DNA from: Paramoeba atlantica
Lineage: Eukaryota > Protista > Discosea
Length of the DNA stretch: 64,000 bases
Direction of reading: 5' to 3'
Assembly: GCA_977017575.1 (NCBI GenBank)
Contig: CDRNVI010000070.1
Span: 62,001 to 126,000 of the forward strand
Within the stretch, counting starts at the first letter, position 1. Each line of letters begins with the position of its first letter. Positions 1-9,808 of the stretch are shown here, in pieces. Both the position numbers and the translations under genes were made by a program. The notes under the pieces are model-generated. The model saw only the letters and a list, made by a program, of their open reading frames with translations, had not been told where the DNA came from and ran no database searches.

Positions 1-1174
1 TCCCGGGGTCTCCTTCCCGCACGGCCACGTCGGGGGGAACCGGTGGCTGACGGCTGCGGCGTACCGCGTGCTGGAGCGTGCGTGCGGGACGGGGTGGCGC
101 GCGGCCTGGGGGTGCGGGCCGCGGTACTCCCCCGTGGTGGTGCCGGTGCCGTATGCGGTGGGGGAGGGGGAGGGGGAGGGTACGGGGGGAGGGGGAGGAA
201 AAACGGGGCAGGGGGTGGGAAACAAGATCAAGACAGGGGAAGGAGGGGGGTTAGAGGGGAGGGAGGAGAAAAAAGGAAAAAAGGGAAAGGGGAAGGGAAA
301 GAAGGGGAAAGGTGCGGTGGAGGGACGGGAGAGCGATCCCGCGAGTTGTGTGGGGGAGGATGTTTCGAGGTTTGCGCGTGGGGCGTATATGTATGACCCG
401 TGGGCGAATGAGATTGGGTATGTGCCGTGGGTGAATCCGATGACAATGTATCACTACCCTCGACGATATGCGCCCTATCTTGAGGATAGGGAAGACACGC
501 AGGACATTTTGAAATTCGCGTTGAAGTACGACAACGGCCGGTTCTGTTATGCGGATCAAAGGACAAAGAAAAGCAGTACCTCTGTGAAAAAGATAACGAA
601 GGAAACAGCGACACGAATCACAAGGAAAACAGATGAGAAGCAGAAACCCACTCCTCGCTCGCTGAAGAAGAAAGAAAAGACGAATCTGACGCTCCAGCAA
701 AAGAAAGCTCATGCGATGACGCTCAAAGATGAAAGTTTCGCATCAGAAAACACGTCTCCCGACCCTGCTTACACAAAGTCAAAGGATGTCTCAGTCGGAG
801 ACTCGAGTACAGCCATGATGAATTCGAAAGAGGGGTCTTTAAGTGAACAAGACGCATTGGTTTGCTCTCGCAAGAAAGCTCTTACGCCCGTGATGCGTTC
901 AAAAGCTTACGTCGTGTGGTTACATGTCATGAATCATCCTAAGCCTCCTTTTCAGCATTCTTATCTTCGAGATGTCAACGATGAAACGGAAGAGCAAGAA
1001 CTCTTCAAACTCGTTCATGAGATACCACAGAGGCCCGATCCAGAAAATACTTTGGTTGAAAAACCAACCTACAACTTGAATCTTCGACAGTGGAAGAAAT
1101 CATTACGCAAGCTTCAGCCGTTCATTGCCAGTAAGCCGCAAAAGGCTTCTGACGATTTGGAGATTAAAACATAA
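1..1174 (+). CDS. Hypothetical protein, 5'-truncated by the window edge; G/K/E-rich low-complexity segment and basic C-terminal half
   Basis: The frame of ORF 68..1174 is open from position 2 (PGVSFPHGHVGGNRWLTAAAYR...) to TAA at 1172-1174 and lies on the cluster strand; no family recognised. Confidence 0.6.
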   Translation, partial: PGVSFPHGHVGGNRWLTAAAYRVLERACGTGWRAAWGCGPRYSPVVVPVPYAVGEGEGEGTGGGGGKTGQGVGNKIKTGEGGGLEGREEKKGKKGKGKGKKGKGAVEGRESDPASCVGEDVSRFARGAYMYDPWANEIGYVPWVNPMTMYHYPRRYAPYLEDREDTQDILKFALKYDNGRFCYADQRTKKSSTSVKKITKETATRITRKTDEKQKPTPRSLKKKEKTNLTLQQKKAHAMTLKDESFASENTSPDPAYTKSKDVSVGDSSTAMMNSKEGSLSEQDALVCSRKKALTPVMRSKAYVVWLHVMNHPKPPFQHSYLRDVNDETEEQELFKLVHEIPQRPDPENTLVEKPTYNLNLRQWKKSLRKLQPFIASKPQKASDDLEIKT

Positions 1175-1560
1175 AAACTGTGAGTGAGAGGTAAACGTTC
1201 TGTTAGTGCATATTCAATTTTAAGATTGGACTTCTGTGAAGAGAGGAAAAAACAACATTTTTATTCGTGGAAAAATAACTTATTAATGAGAGACTTTCAC
1301 AAAGAGAAACTTATCTGAATGTTGTAAAGTGCTGTGCATTCATTGTTTTAATCGCATAATTTCTGTTCAATATTAGTTAAGTAGGAATCACTACCATCTT
1401 GACAAGCTAAAAACACACCATTGCTGTACATTCTATAGAGTATTACTTTTTCCCTAGTATTAGTGGATTGTTTACTACTCTAATAGATACCGTACATAAG
1501 AATCTTAAAGAGCTATAAATTGCACTTTCTGACACATTGCAGGTTTAAGATTTAAGATCC

Positions 1561-4335
1561 ATGTCCGACTTTTCCAGCAAAAAGCACGTGTACTATTTCG
1601 GTAATGGCAAAGCCGAGGGTGACAAAAGCATGAAACACCTCCTCGGGGGTAAAGGGGCGAACTTACAAGAGATGGTTAACATGGGCATTCCGGTTCCCTC
1701 CGGCTTTACAATCACCACCGAAACTTGCAAAGTTCATGAACAAACTCAAGGAAAACTCACCGATGCTATCCGAAAAGAAATCGTCGATGCGGTACGTCGA
1801 ATGGAGAATGAACTAGGGCGCAAATTTGGAGGAGCAGAACTTCCCCTTCTGGTATCTGTGCGCTCGGGTGCTGCTGCAAGTATGCCCGGCATGATGGATA
1901 CTGTACTCAATCTTGGGCTAAATGACGCGAATGTGATTGGCTTTGCGAAAGCGACAAAAAACGAGCATTTCGTGTATGACAGCTTTCGTCGATTTATCGT
2001 CATGTACGCCGACGTGGTGAAGGGTATTAAACGGGCCGCCTTTGAGGATGCATTGCATAAGGCAAAGGAGAAGCACGGTGCGCGTCAGGACTGTGACTTG
2101 AGTGCGGAGGCACTGAAGTCGCTGGTTCAGACGTTTAAAGGAATTTACGAGCGAGAAGCCGGGGAGAGCTTCCCCCAGGACCCGATGGAACAATTATTCG
2201 CATCGATCGGTGCTGTGTTCCGAAGCTGGAACAACGAGCGAGCTGTTGTCTATCGTCGCATGTTTAACGTCTCCAGTCTCATTGGCACCGGAGTGAACAT
2301 CCAAGCCATGGTGTTTGGTAACATGTCGACAGATTCCGCCACGGGGGTGTGTTTCAGTCGAAACCCCGCGAACGGGGATCCCGGGTTCTATGGGGAATAT
2401 TTAATCAACGCCCAGGGGGAGGATGTTGTCGCTGGGATTCGTACCCCGCAACAGATGCGTCGGGAGGTATCGCAACGTTGGGCAAGTGAGCGCAGTATCC
2501 CGGAGTCACGTCGGGAGCGTGATTTTCCCTCCATGGAAGAGAGTATGCCGGAAAACTACCAGAGATTGGTGGATGTAAAGAATAAGCTAGAGCAACACTT
2601 TCGTGACATGCAGGACATGGAATTCACCATCGAGCGCGGAAAGCTGTACATCTTACAGACCCGCAACGGGAAGCGTACGATGTTGGCAGCGACTCGAATT
2701 GCCGTGCAGATGGTTCGAGAAGGGCTGATATCTGAGAAAGAGGCCCTGATGCGGATAGAACCCGGCCAGGTGGATCATCTCCTACATCCGAATCTCGACA
2801 CTACTGCGAAGCTTCCACCCAAGTTAACAAAAGGTCTTCCTGCGTCACCTGGTGCGCGTGTCGGTCAAATCGTATTTAGTCCGAAGGACGCAGTGCTCTG
2901 GGCTTCCCAAAACAAAAAAGTGATTTTAGTTCGTGAAGAGACCAGTCCGGAAGACCTTGCGGGTATGAGTGCAGCAGAAGGTATTTTAACCTCTCGTGGA
3001 GGAGTCACATCTCACGCCGCCGTCGTAGCCCGAGGAATGGGCAAAACATGCGTAAGTGGATGCGGCGAAATGCACATTGAAGAGGCGAAGCGGCTCATGA
3101 CCATTAAAGGCAAAACTTTGAAGCAAGGAGACTGGATTACAATCGATGGAAACCGTGGAGATGTGTACGAAGGTAAAGCTAAATTAATGAAAGCGGGTGT
3201 TCACGGAGACTTTCAAGTAATCCTAGGGTACGCGAAAAAGTACAAATCATTGGGTGTGCGCGCGAATGCTGATACTCCGACTGACGCAGCCACGAGCTTC
3301 AACTTCGGGGCCGAAGGAGTTGGTCTATGTCGCACGGAGCACATGTTCTTTGAAGCTGACCGAATCGATGCTGTTCGTGAGATGATCTTGGCGAAAAGCA
3401 TTGAACAGCGTCAGGTCGCTTTAGAAAAAATTCTTCCTTTTCAGCAGCGCGATTTCGAAGGTATTTTCAAAGCAATGAAAGGTCAGCCTTGTACTATCCG
3501 TCTTCTCGATCCCCCCTTGCACGAATTTTTACCACATGACCCCCAGGCACAGCAAAAATTAGCTCGCAAGCTAGGAATTTCTGCGTCCGCTATCCAAAAG
3601 CGTGTTCGAGAATTACATGAGTTTAATCCGATGTTGGGACATCGTGGCGTCCGATTAGGCATTACTTTCCCTGAGATTTACAACACACAAGTTCGAGCAA
3701 TTATGCAAGCTGCGGTACAAGTTCGAGAGCAATGCGGCCTGGAAGTACATCCGGAAATTATGATTCCACTGGTTGGTAAAAAGGAAGAACTGACATTTTC
3801 TCGCGAACAGTGCGAGAAGACGTGCCAAGAAGTGCTAAGATCAGTCTCGGAATCCTCTCGCAACGCGATTGGATACACTGTGGGAACTATGATTGAAGTT
3901 CCTCGTGCGGCAATAACAGCAGATGAAATAGCTGCTGAGGCTGATTTTTTTAGCTTTGGTACAAACGATCTGACTCAAATGGGCTGCGGGTTCAGTCGTG
4001 ATGACTCTGGTGCTTTTCTCAAGCGGTATGCACAACTTGGAATATACAAGAGAGATCCGTTCATGAGCATTGACCAGAGTGGCATTGGGTCTCTTCTTCT
4101 ACATGCGGTCAACAAAGGTCGAAGCGTTAAGCCAAAGATGAAAATGGGTGTCTGCGGCGAACATGGCGGTGATCCCGAGAGCATTGACTTTTTCCATCGT
4201 GCTGGCCTTTCGTATGTTTCCTGCTCTCCGTTTCGCGTTCCAGCGGCCATTATCTCTGCTGCTCGGGCCGCAATCGTCCATGGCCCAATCTCGGCGAATA
4301 GCAACGCAGTAGAACGACACGGTTCAAAACTTTAG
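1561..4335 (+). CDS. PPDK: Pyruvate phosphate dikinase, glycosomal (PTS1 SKL)
   Basis: 924 aa with LGGKGANL, LLVSVRSGA..SMPGMMDTVLNLG, phospho-His motif GGVTSHAAVVARG, GLCRTEHMF, FFSFGTNDLTQ and GVCGEHGG; C-terminus is -SKL. Confidence 0.98.
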   Translation: MSDFSSKKHVYYFGNGKAEGDKSMKHLLGGKGANLQEMVNMGIPVPSGFTITTETCKVHEQTQGKLTDAIRKEIVDAVRRMENELGRKFGGAELPLLVSVRSGAAASMPGMMDTVLNLGLNDANVIGFAKATKNEHFVYDSFRRFIVMYADVVKGIKRAAFEDALHKAKEKHGARQDCDLSAEALKSLVQTFKGIYEREAGESFPQDPMEQLFASIGAVFRSWNNERAVVYRRMFNVSSLIGTGVNIQAMVFGNMSTDSATGVCFSRNPANGDPGFYGEYLINAQGEDVVAGIRTPQQMRREVSQRWASERSIPESRRERDFPSMEESMPENYQRLVDVKNKLEQHFRDMQDMEFTIERGKLYILQTRNGKRTMLAATRIAVQMVREGLISEKEALMRIEPGQVDHLLHPNLDTTAKLPPKLTKGLPASPGARVGQIVFSPKDAVLWASQNKKVILVREETSPEDLAGMSAAEGILTSRGGVTSHAAVVARGMGKTCVSGCGEMHIEEAKRLMTIKGKTLKQGDWITIDGNRGDVYEGKAKLMKAGVHGDFQVILGYAKKYKSLGVRANADTPTDAATSFNFGAEGVGLCRTEHMFFEADRIDAVREMILAKSIEQRQVALEKILPFQQRDFEGIFKAMKGQPCTIRLLDPPLHEFLPHDPQAQQKLARKLGISASAIQKRVRELHEFNPMLGHRGVRLGITFPEIYNTQVRAIMQAAVQVREQCGLEVHPEIMIPLVGKKEELTFSREQCEKTCQEVLRSVSESSRNAIGYTVGTMIEVPRAAITADEIAAEADFFSFGTNDLTQMGCGFSRDDSGAFLKRYAQLGIYKRDPFMSIDQSGIGSLLLHAVNKGRSVKPKMKMGVCGEHGGDPESIDFFHRAGLSYVSCSPFRVPAAIISAARAAIVHGPISANSNAVERHGSKL

Positions 4336-5108
4336 ATAGCTCTACTTTATGAGTCTTCGACATTGCCTGGTAAGAAAGGTTTCGTTTGGGCTAATTGCTC
4401 TCTTCATTCTACATATTATTTACTCTAACCTATGATTATAGGCTGCATAGATTTACCGATACACGTGTATTGTTATTAAAATCTACACATTGTCATTACC
4501 TTTACATAACTGTTTACCCTGAGAATATAGTCTATTTTTGTAACCTTTGGGCTGCAGAATTAGTATGCTTGTACATGGAACAATTTTTTAGAGCAATTTA
4601 CTTCAAAAAAATACCTTTTACTATTCAGTTCTCGTAATAGCTGTCAATTTTAAGCTTGGAAAAAACTTTCACGTGAGAACGATTAGGTCGATCGAGAGAT
4701 GTTACTTCGAACATTAAAATACTAAAAATTAGAGCAGATTTTGAGAACTAAAGTAAACAATATACTAAAATAAATTTTGCAACAGCATAACCAGCAAATT
4801 CTAATATCGACGCGACTTTTACTCTACACTATGCAGAAGTTAGGCGGGTTTTTAACCATGTTCTTCGTTAAATGCAACCGAATCACCGATTCAGATTTTT
4901 GGAATTGTATCGGGATTCATAAATACTGAATAAATTACTACTAAGTTCGTAAACCAACTCATACTGATTAGAAATATTTACTTAGAATATGACTGAACAA
5001 ATTAGAATGTGATTGTATGTAGCCGTGACTTACGCAACTATAGTTGAAAAATGTCAAATGTTTAGTGCATTGCGGAACGTCCCTAGTTAGCAGAGCGTCT
5101 GTTTTCAA

Positions 5109-8100
5109 ATGGAATGCGCAGAAGATGCTAAAGCGCGTACGGGGTACGGTACACGAACACTTACTATTTCAAGTGCGAGGGCGATTTCGCATGTTGATAA
5201 TCACATTATTGAATCACTTGAAAACTCCTGTACTACGGTTGGGGATCCTCTTAGAAATGCATTTCAGGCCCACGTTCACAGAGGTGATGGAAACACACCA
5301 ATTACACACGATTCAGAGAACATTGCATCGTGTGATAGTACTTTGACGCTCCTTCCAAGAACCTTAAAAAGTCATAATTCCTGGGATTCTTATAATTCTT
5401 ACGAAGCACAAGACCCGTTTGCCTATCTGCCCGAAAATATAAAACAGAGGATTAGAGATCGTGGTATTGCAAATCTCTATGATTGGCAGAAGGAAGTACT
5501 TACGCTTGAGGCAACAAGGCTAGAGAAAAATCTAGTTTACAGTTTACCTACAAGCGGTGGTAAAACGTTAGTAAGTGAAATACTTATTCTACGTCGCTTA
5601 CTTCGCCCGCGACATTCCGAGATTGCTAAATCACACACCCAAGAACTGTGCTATGAAGGTGCTTCGCAGAAAATGAACACCTCTGTGGCAGAGGTGAATT
5701 CCCTAGCAATGTATGTGCTACCTTATGTATCTCTGGTTGAAGAACGAGTAGAATCTTTCAGAAGCTTAGTGGATAATGAAAAAGGTGTTAATAGTGATCC
5801 GCTACTTACGAAGGAAGCCATAGTAGCGAACGGGACATCAATCTCGGTCGAGGCCTACGCGGGAGCTGCTGGACGCTATCCACCTCCAACCGCTCCTTCA
5901 GTTTTTGTTTGCACCATAGAAAAAGCAAGCGGAATGCTCAATACATTGTATGAGCTTGATCGTATTGATGAGTTGGGCATTGTAGTAATTGATGAGCTTC
6001 ACATGGTAAGTGAATGTAACGGAAGGGGTGCAGTGCTTGAAAGCTTTGTAGCTAGATTATTGGCAGGAGCTCCCCATGTGCAGATTGTTGGAATGTCAGC
6101 GACGGTTCCCAATCTCGAACATTTATCATCATGGATCTCTGCACACAAGTACAAGAATTTGTTTAGACCAGTAAAGTTAATGTCGTACACTGTTTCAGGA
6201 GGAATTGTGAAAAACGCGGGGTATTGTAGGGCTGATATTCAGATGCAGAAGCAGGAGAGCTTGGGCAGTGAAGAAAAAATGTTCGAAGACACCAACGAGA
6301 CAAAATCTTTGGAGGATACAACGTTTCAGAATAACGATGCTTTACCAGTACGAACTCTTACGCTATCAAATGCTTTAACTGAGAGGGAGCAAGTTCTTGC
6401 TTTGGTCGAGGAACTGTTCCTTGAAAGTGCGATCATAGTATTTTGCGCTACAAAGTTATCGTGTGAAAGCATGGCGACGTATTTAGCAAAGAAATTGTGG
6501 AACCGCCGTAAAAAAGAGGCAAGCAACATTTATGAAGAGCTTGACTTATCACTTCCCCAAGAATCCAAAGAAAACTACAGTGCCTTTGCCGACAAACTTG
6601 TTCGCTTACTCCCTTTTAGAGTTGGATACCATCACGGAGGTCTGACGGCGGACGAGCGTACATTTATAGAGAGCGCTTTCCGTTCAAAACGGATCTACGT
6701 ATTGTGTGCAACATCTACACTTGCCGCAGGCGTCAATCTGCCCGTTAGAAGGGTTGTATTCCACAGCCCGTATATCGGAAAGAATTTTTTGCGGAAGTCA
6801 CAATACCTTCAAATGTGTGGGAGAGCAGGCAGAGCAGGTCTGGATCCATACGGTGAGTCTTACCTCGTTCACAGCGCCAAGGACGCTCATCGAGTGCATA
6901 GCCTTGTTGCTGAAATTTCGGAGCCAGTCACCAGTGCTATTAGAAGTTGTCCTGGAATATCATCATGCTCAGATACAGGAAAGTTACAGAATACATTATG
7001 CCAATGGGATGCCGTACATGAGAATTATGATATTCAACTCGAATACGTACTTAGCCGCTATTTGTTAGAAATAGTGGGTTGCGGAATCGCTAAAAGCAGT
7101 CATGGAATGCTTGAATCCGTTAAACAATTATTGTGTTGGAAGGAAGATGAATTACTAATTTCTCGCAAAACGTTAGATGCGCTACGCTTATTAGAAGAAA
7201 ACAAGTTATTTCATAAGGTCGCGATAGGAGGACGAACGACAACAGAATACGCTAGCACACTTTCTCACAAGTATTCTACGGAGCGTGGCGCACCAGGGAC
7301 TCCAGATTACTTCACTAAACGTTCCGAATGTCGGAATTCGATTTATTGCAAATCAGCAGAATTCTACGAACTCTCACCTCTTGGCTTAAGTGTATTTCGA
7401 TCAAATTTGCCAATTCCTGATGCTTTACTCATACACTCGGAGATTGTAGATGTGCAGCGGAAAGGACTTATCATGGAAGATGATCTTCACATTGTGTATA
7501 TGTTAACCCCTATTCGCGATATGCTGGAGCCTCACTGGTCGACGTATCAAAGACGATTAAGCCATTTATCGGCTTTGCAAATGAACATTGCGGAATCTAT
7601 TGGTGTTTCAGAGCATTTCATTCAACTCCGGGCTTCAGGCATATGCTTGAACGTTGTTGAAGATAATTCGCTTCAGAACCCTACAGAAGGAAATAGGAAA
7701 AGTCCACACACATCCCGACGTGCTCATTTCGCAACCAGGCGCTTTTGGAGTGCTCTCATACTTTTCGATTTATTGCGCGAGGTTCCGGTAGATACTGTGG
7801 CGGAACGCTACAATATTCTACCAGGCCAAATACAAAACCTGATGAAGTCAGCATCTTTTTTCAGCACTTGCATGACCGCTTTTGCTCAAGCGATGGGATG
7901 GTATGCCTTGGAGTCTGTTCTGTCCGGATATGTGAAGCGGCTTGGATACGGTGTACGTCCGGATGTTTTACCACTTATGGCTATCAAAGGAGTACAAGCG
8001 ACTCGCGCACGGCTACTTTGGCAGGCAGGATACCGCACCATAAAACAACTTGCACAGTCAGATCCAGAAAAACTTCTTCAACGATTAAAGGAAACAAGCG

Positions 8101-8249
8101 CAAATCTTTTCAAAGGAAAAGATGGCTCAGCAAATGCAGTTAAATATCTTACAAAACGCAGTGCGTTAAAACTCATTCACTCTGCTCATGCATGCCTGAA
8201 AGAAACTACCTCTTCTAAATACGACGAAATTCGTGAGCTGAACTGTTAA
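5109..8249 (+). CDS. HELQ: HELQ/Hel308 (Pol theta helicase-like) SF2 DNA helicase, no polymerase domain
   Basis: LYDWQ, LVYSLPTSGGKTLVSE, DELHMV, GMSATVPN, YHHGGLT, TSTLAAGVNLP, QMCGRAGRAG, and a C-terminal HhH-like LMAIKGVQATRARLLWQAGY. Confidence 0.88.
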   Translation: MECAEDAKARTGYGTRTLTISSARAISHVDNHIIESLENSCTTVGDPLRNAFQAHVHRGDGNTPITHDSENIASCDSTLTLLPRTLKSHNSWDSYNSYEAQDPFAYLPENIKQRIRDRGIANLYDWQKEVLTLEATRLEKNLVYSLPTSGGKTLVSEILILRRLLRPRHSEIAKSHTQELCYEGASQKMNTSVAEVNSLAMYVLPYVSLVEERVESFRSLVDNEKGVNSDPLLTKEAIVANGTSISVEAYAGAAGRYPPPTAPSVFVCTIEKASGMLNTLYELDRIDELGIVVIDELHMVSECNGRGAVLESFVARLLAGAPHVQIVGMSATVPNLEHLSSWISAHKYKNLFRPVKLMSYTVSGGIVKNAGYCRADIQMQKQESLGSEEKMFEDTNETKSLEDTTFQNNDALPVRTLTLSNALTEREQVLALVEELFLESAIIVFCATKLSCESMATYLAKKLWNRRKKEASNIYEELDLSLPQESKENYSAFADKLVRLLPFRVGYHHGGLTADERTFIESAFRSKRIYVLCATSTLAAGVNLPVRRVVFHSPYIGKNFLRKSQYLQMCGRAGRAGLDPYGESYLVHSAKDAHRVHSLVAEISEPVTSAIRSCPGISSCSDTGKLQNTLCQWDAVHENYDIQLEYVLSRYLLEIVGCGIAKSSHGMLESVKQLLCWKEDELLISRKTLDALRLLEENKLFHKVAIGGRTTTEYASTLSHKYSTERGAPGTPDYFTKRSECRNSIYCKSAEFYELSPLGLSVFRSNLPIPDALLIHSEIVDVQRKGLIMEDDLHIVYMLTPIRDMLEPHWSTYQRRLSHLSALQMNIAESIGVSEHFIQLRASGICLNVVEDNSLQNPTEGNRKSPHTSRRAHFATRRFWSALILFDLLREVPVDTVAERYNILPGQIQNLMKSASFFSTCMTAFAQAMGWYALESVLSGYVKRLGYGVRPDVLPLMAIKGVQATRARLLWQAGYRTIKQLAQSDPEKLLQRLKETSANLFKGKDGSANAVKYLTKRSALKLIHSAHACLKETTSSKYDEIRELNC

Positions 8250-8529
8250 AAAATAATACAGATCATATCATTAAGACGTGAAGTGTGAATAGTAGCTCAT
8301 ACTAGAAATATAAGAATAGCCACGTCTGTTTTTCGGAAACACTATTCTTCAGATGAAAAATACTTGCCATTCGTATTAGAAATGCTGTATCGTTTACTTG
8401 AAATGACCCGTAAACAACGTACAATGGCATACTTCAAAGGCCTTTAATATTCAATATTATTGAACAATTTCACACTGTACCAAGGATAACTTGCTTTCTC
8501 AATATCATTTCTTAGCTTGTGAAAAAATA

Positions 8530-9435
8530 ATGAAACGTTTGATCACAAATCAACTTTCCGCCTTTAGAGTTGACAACTTTGGAAGCATTTTGCACCTCAA
8601 AGACGCTGTGATCTTGAGCTCAATTCGACATGGGAACATAAATAGTCGTTTGCGAAATGCAGAACAACAAAATCAAATTTTCCCGACGACCTACGATTTC
8701 GATTCCGAAAAGGCTGCTGCGACTCAATCATACACCTCCCTAGACTGCGTCATGGAGACCTCAATCGCACCACTGGGTTGGGGTTCTTGGCAGAGCTTAA
8801 AAGCCAGGGCTTCTTTGTGGATGTCTTTACGACGTCTTCGTGACCGTCGGCCGGATTTGACCAAAACGGTCATATTAGATCGTTATCTTCAATACAAACG
8901 TCTCAGCCACTCTCGAAACGATGCGGAATTAATGAATTTGGGACAGTTTACCACACCCGGGGAGGCCATGCGTCTGAGAGAGACGCGAAGCGCCGAACTG
9001 CGGAAAGTAAAAATGGGGTCAAAATGGCGTCACATGGCAATGACAGATAAAGTACCTGGAAACTACTTGTCGTCGAAAAGCAAAGATCCGCAAAATGGTG
9101 CCTCAAGCCACATATCCTCTGATGTATACTCACTTGAAGTTATTGAATTCACACCGATTGCTTCGTTTTATGGTTGTTTACCTCAGGAAGATTGGCTACA
9201 AATTACGTACTGCGTAAAGGGGTTGGAATACTTGGACGGAAAGCAGAAGCCAGAAAAAGTGCTGGAGTATTCTGTGATGGAATTTCGTTTGACCGATGGG
9301 ATTGTGCGCGCCAATGCATTTCCTCCCATTGTAGTAGCCGTCATGGATAGCACGGGTTGTCGCCACGGGCGGGATGGTATGGATGCAGTGCAGTTGCGGA
9401 AACAAATGAAACAAAAGCTTTTCTGGTCTGCTTAA
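8530..9435 (+). CDS. Probable mitochondrial Tim44-like / mL45-like domain protein
   Basis: ORF 8491..9435 with first ATG at 8530; C-terminal WLQITY...EKVLEYSVMEFRL resembles the Tim44/mL45 QxTV...VxEYxVfE pattern; basic N-terminus. Confidence 0.45.
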   Translation: MKRLITNQLSAFRVDNFGSILHLKDAVILSSIRHGNINSRLRNAEQQNQIFPTTYDFDSEKAAATQSYTSLDCVMETSIAPLGWGSWQSLKARASLWMSLRRLRDRRPDLTKTVILDRYLQYKRLSHSRNDAELMNLGQFTTPGEAMRLRETRSAELRKVKMGSKWRHMAMTDKVPGNYLSSKSKDPQNGASSHISSDVYSLEVIEFTPIASFYGCLPQEDWLQITYCVKGLEYLDGKQKPEKVLEYSVMEFRLTDGIVRANAFPPIVVAVMDSTGCRHGRDGMDAVQLRKQMKQKLFWSA

Positions 9436-9808
9436 AGTTTTGCAGCGGGCTATAAGGTACAGTAACAGATATTTTGGACAACAACGCGGACTGTATCAAG
9501 CCTTTCTAAGCCGGCCGTTTTCATCCATAAGTCTACTGTTATAGACTATAATAAGCTCGCCTTTTTAAAGTCATGCACTTGCAATATAGGCCAATAGTGT
9601 GCGTGTAATATTGCACAAATTCGGAACCCCATTGAATCGGGGGGATAGTAAATATATTACATGCATACATGTATAACGCGCATTAAATTCATGTTTATGT
9701 ATGCATGTCTAAAATGGATGTACTTTCCACGAACATACAGTTACATGTACATCCGATTTCTACTCATAATCCAACACAACCCTATGCCTTCGTTTTAAGA
9801 TCCGTGCA

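Noticed and set aside
43-712. Alternative-frame ORFs 43..396, 228..614 and 251..712
   Set aside because: They are by-products of the G-rich, stop-poor island; only the frame continuing to 1174 is plausible.
1746-4320. Short antisense ORFs inside PPDK, and similar ones inside HELQ, POLE, kinesin, GRP94 and others
   Set aside because: They are shadow ORFs of long sense genes with no recognisable motifs and run against the polycistron direction.
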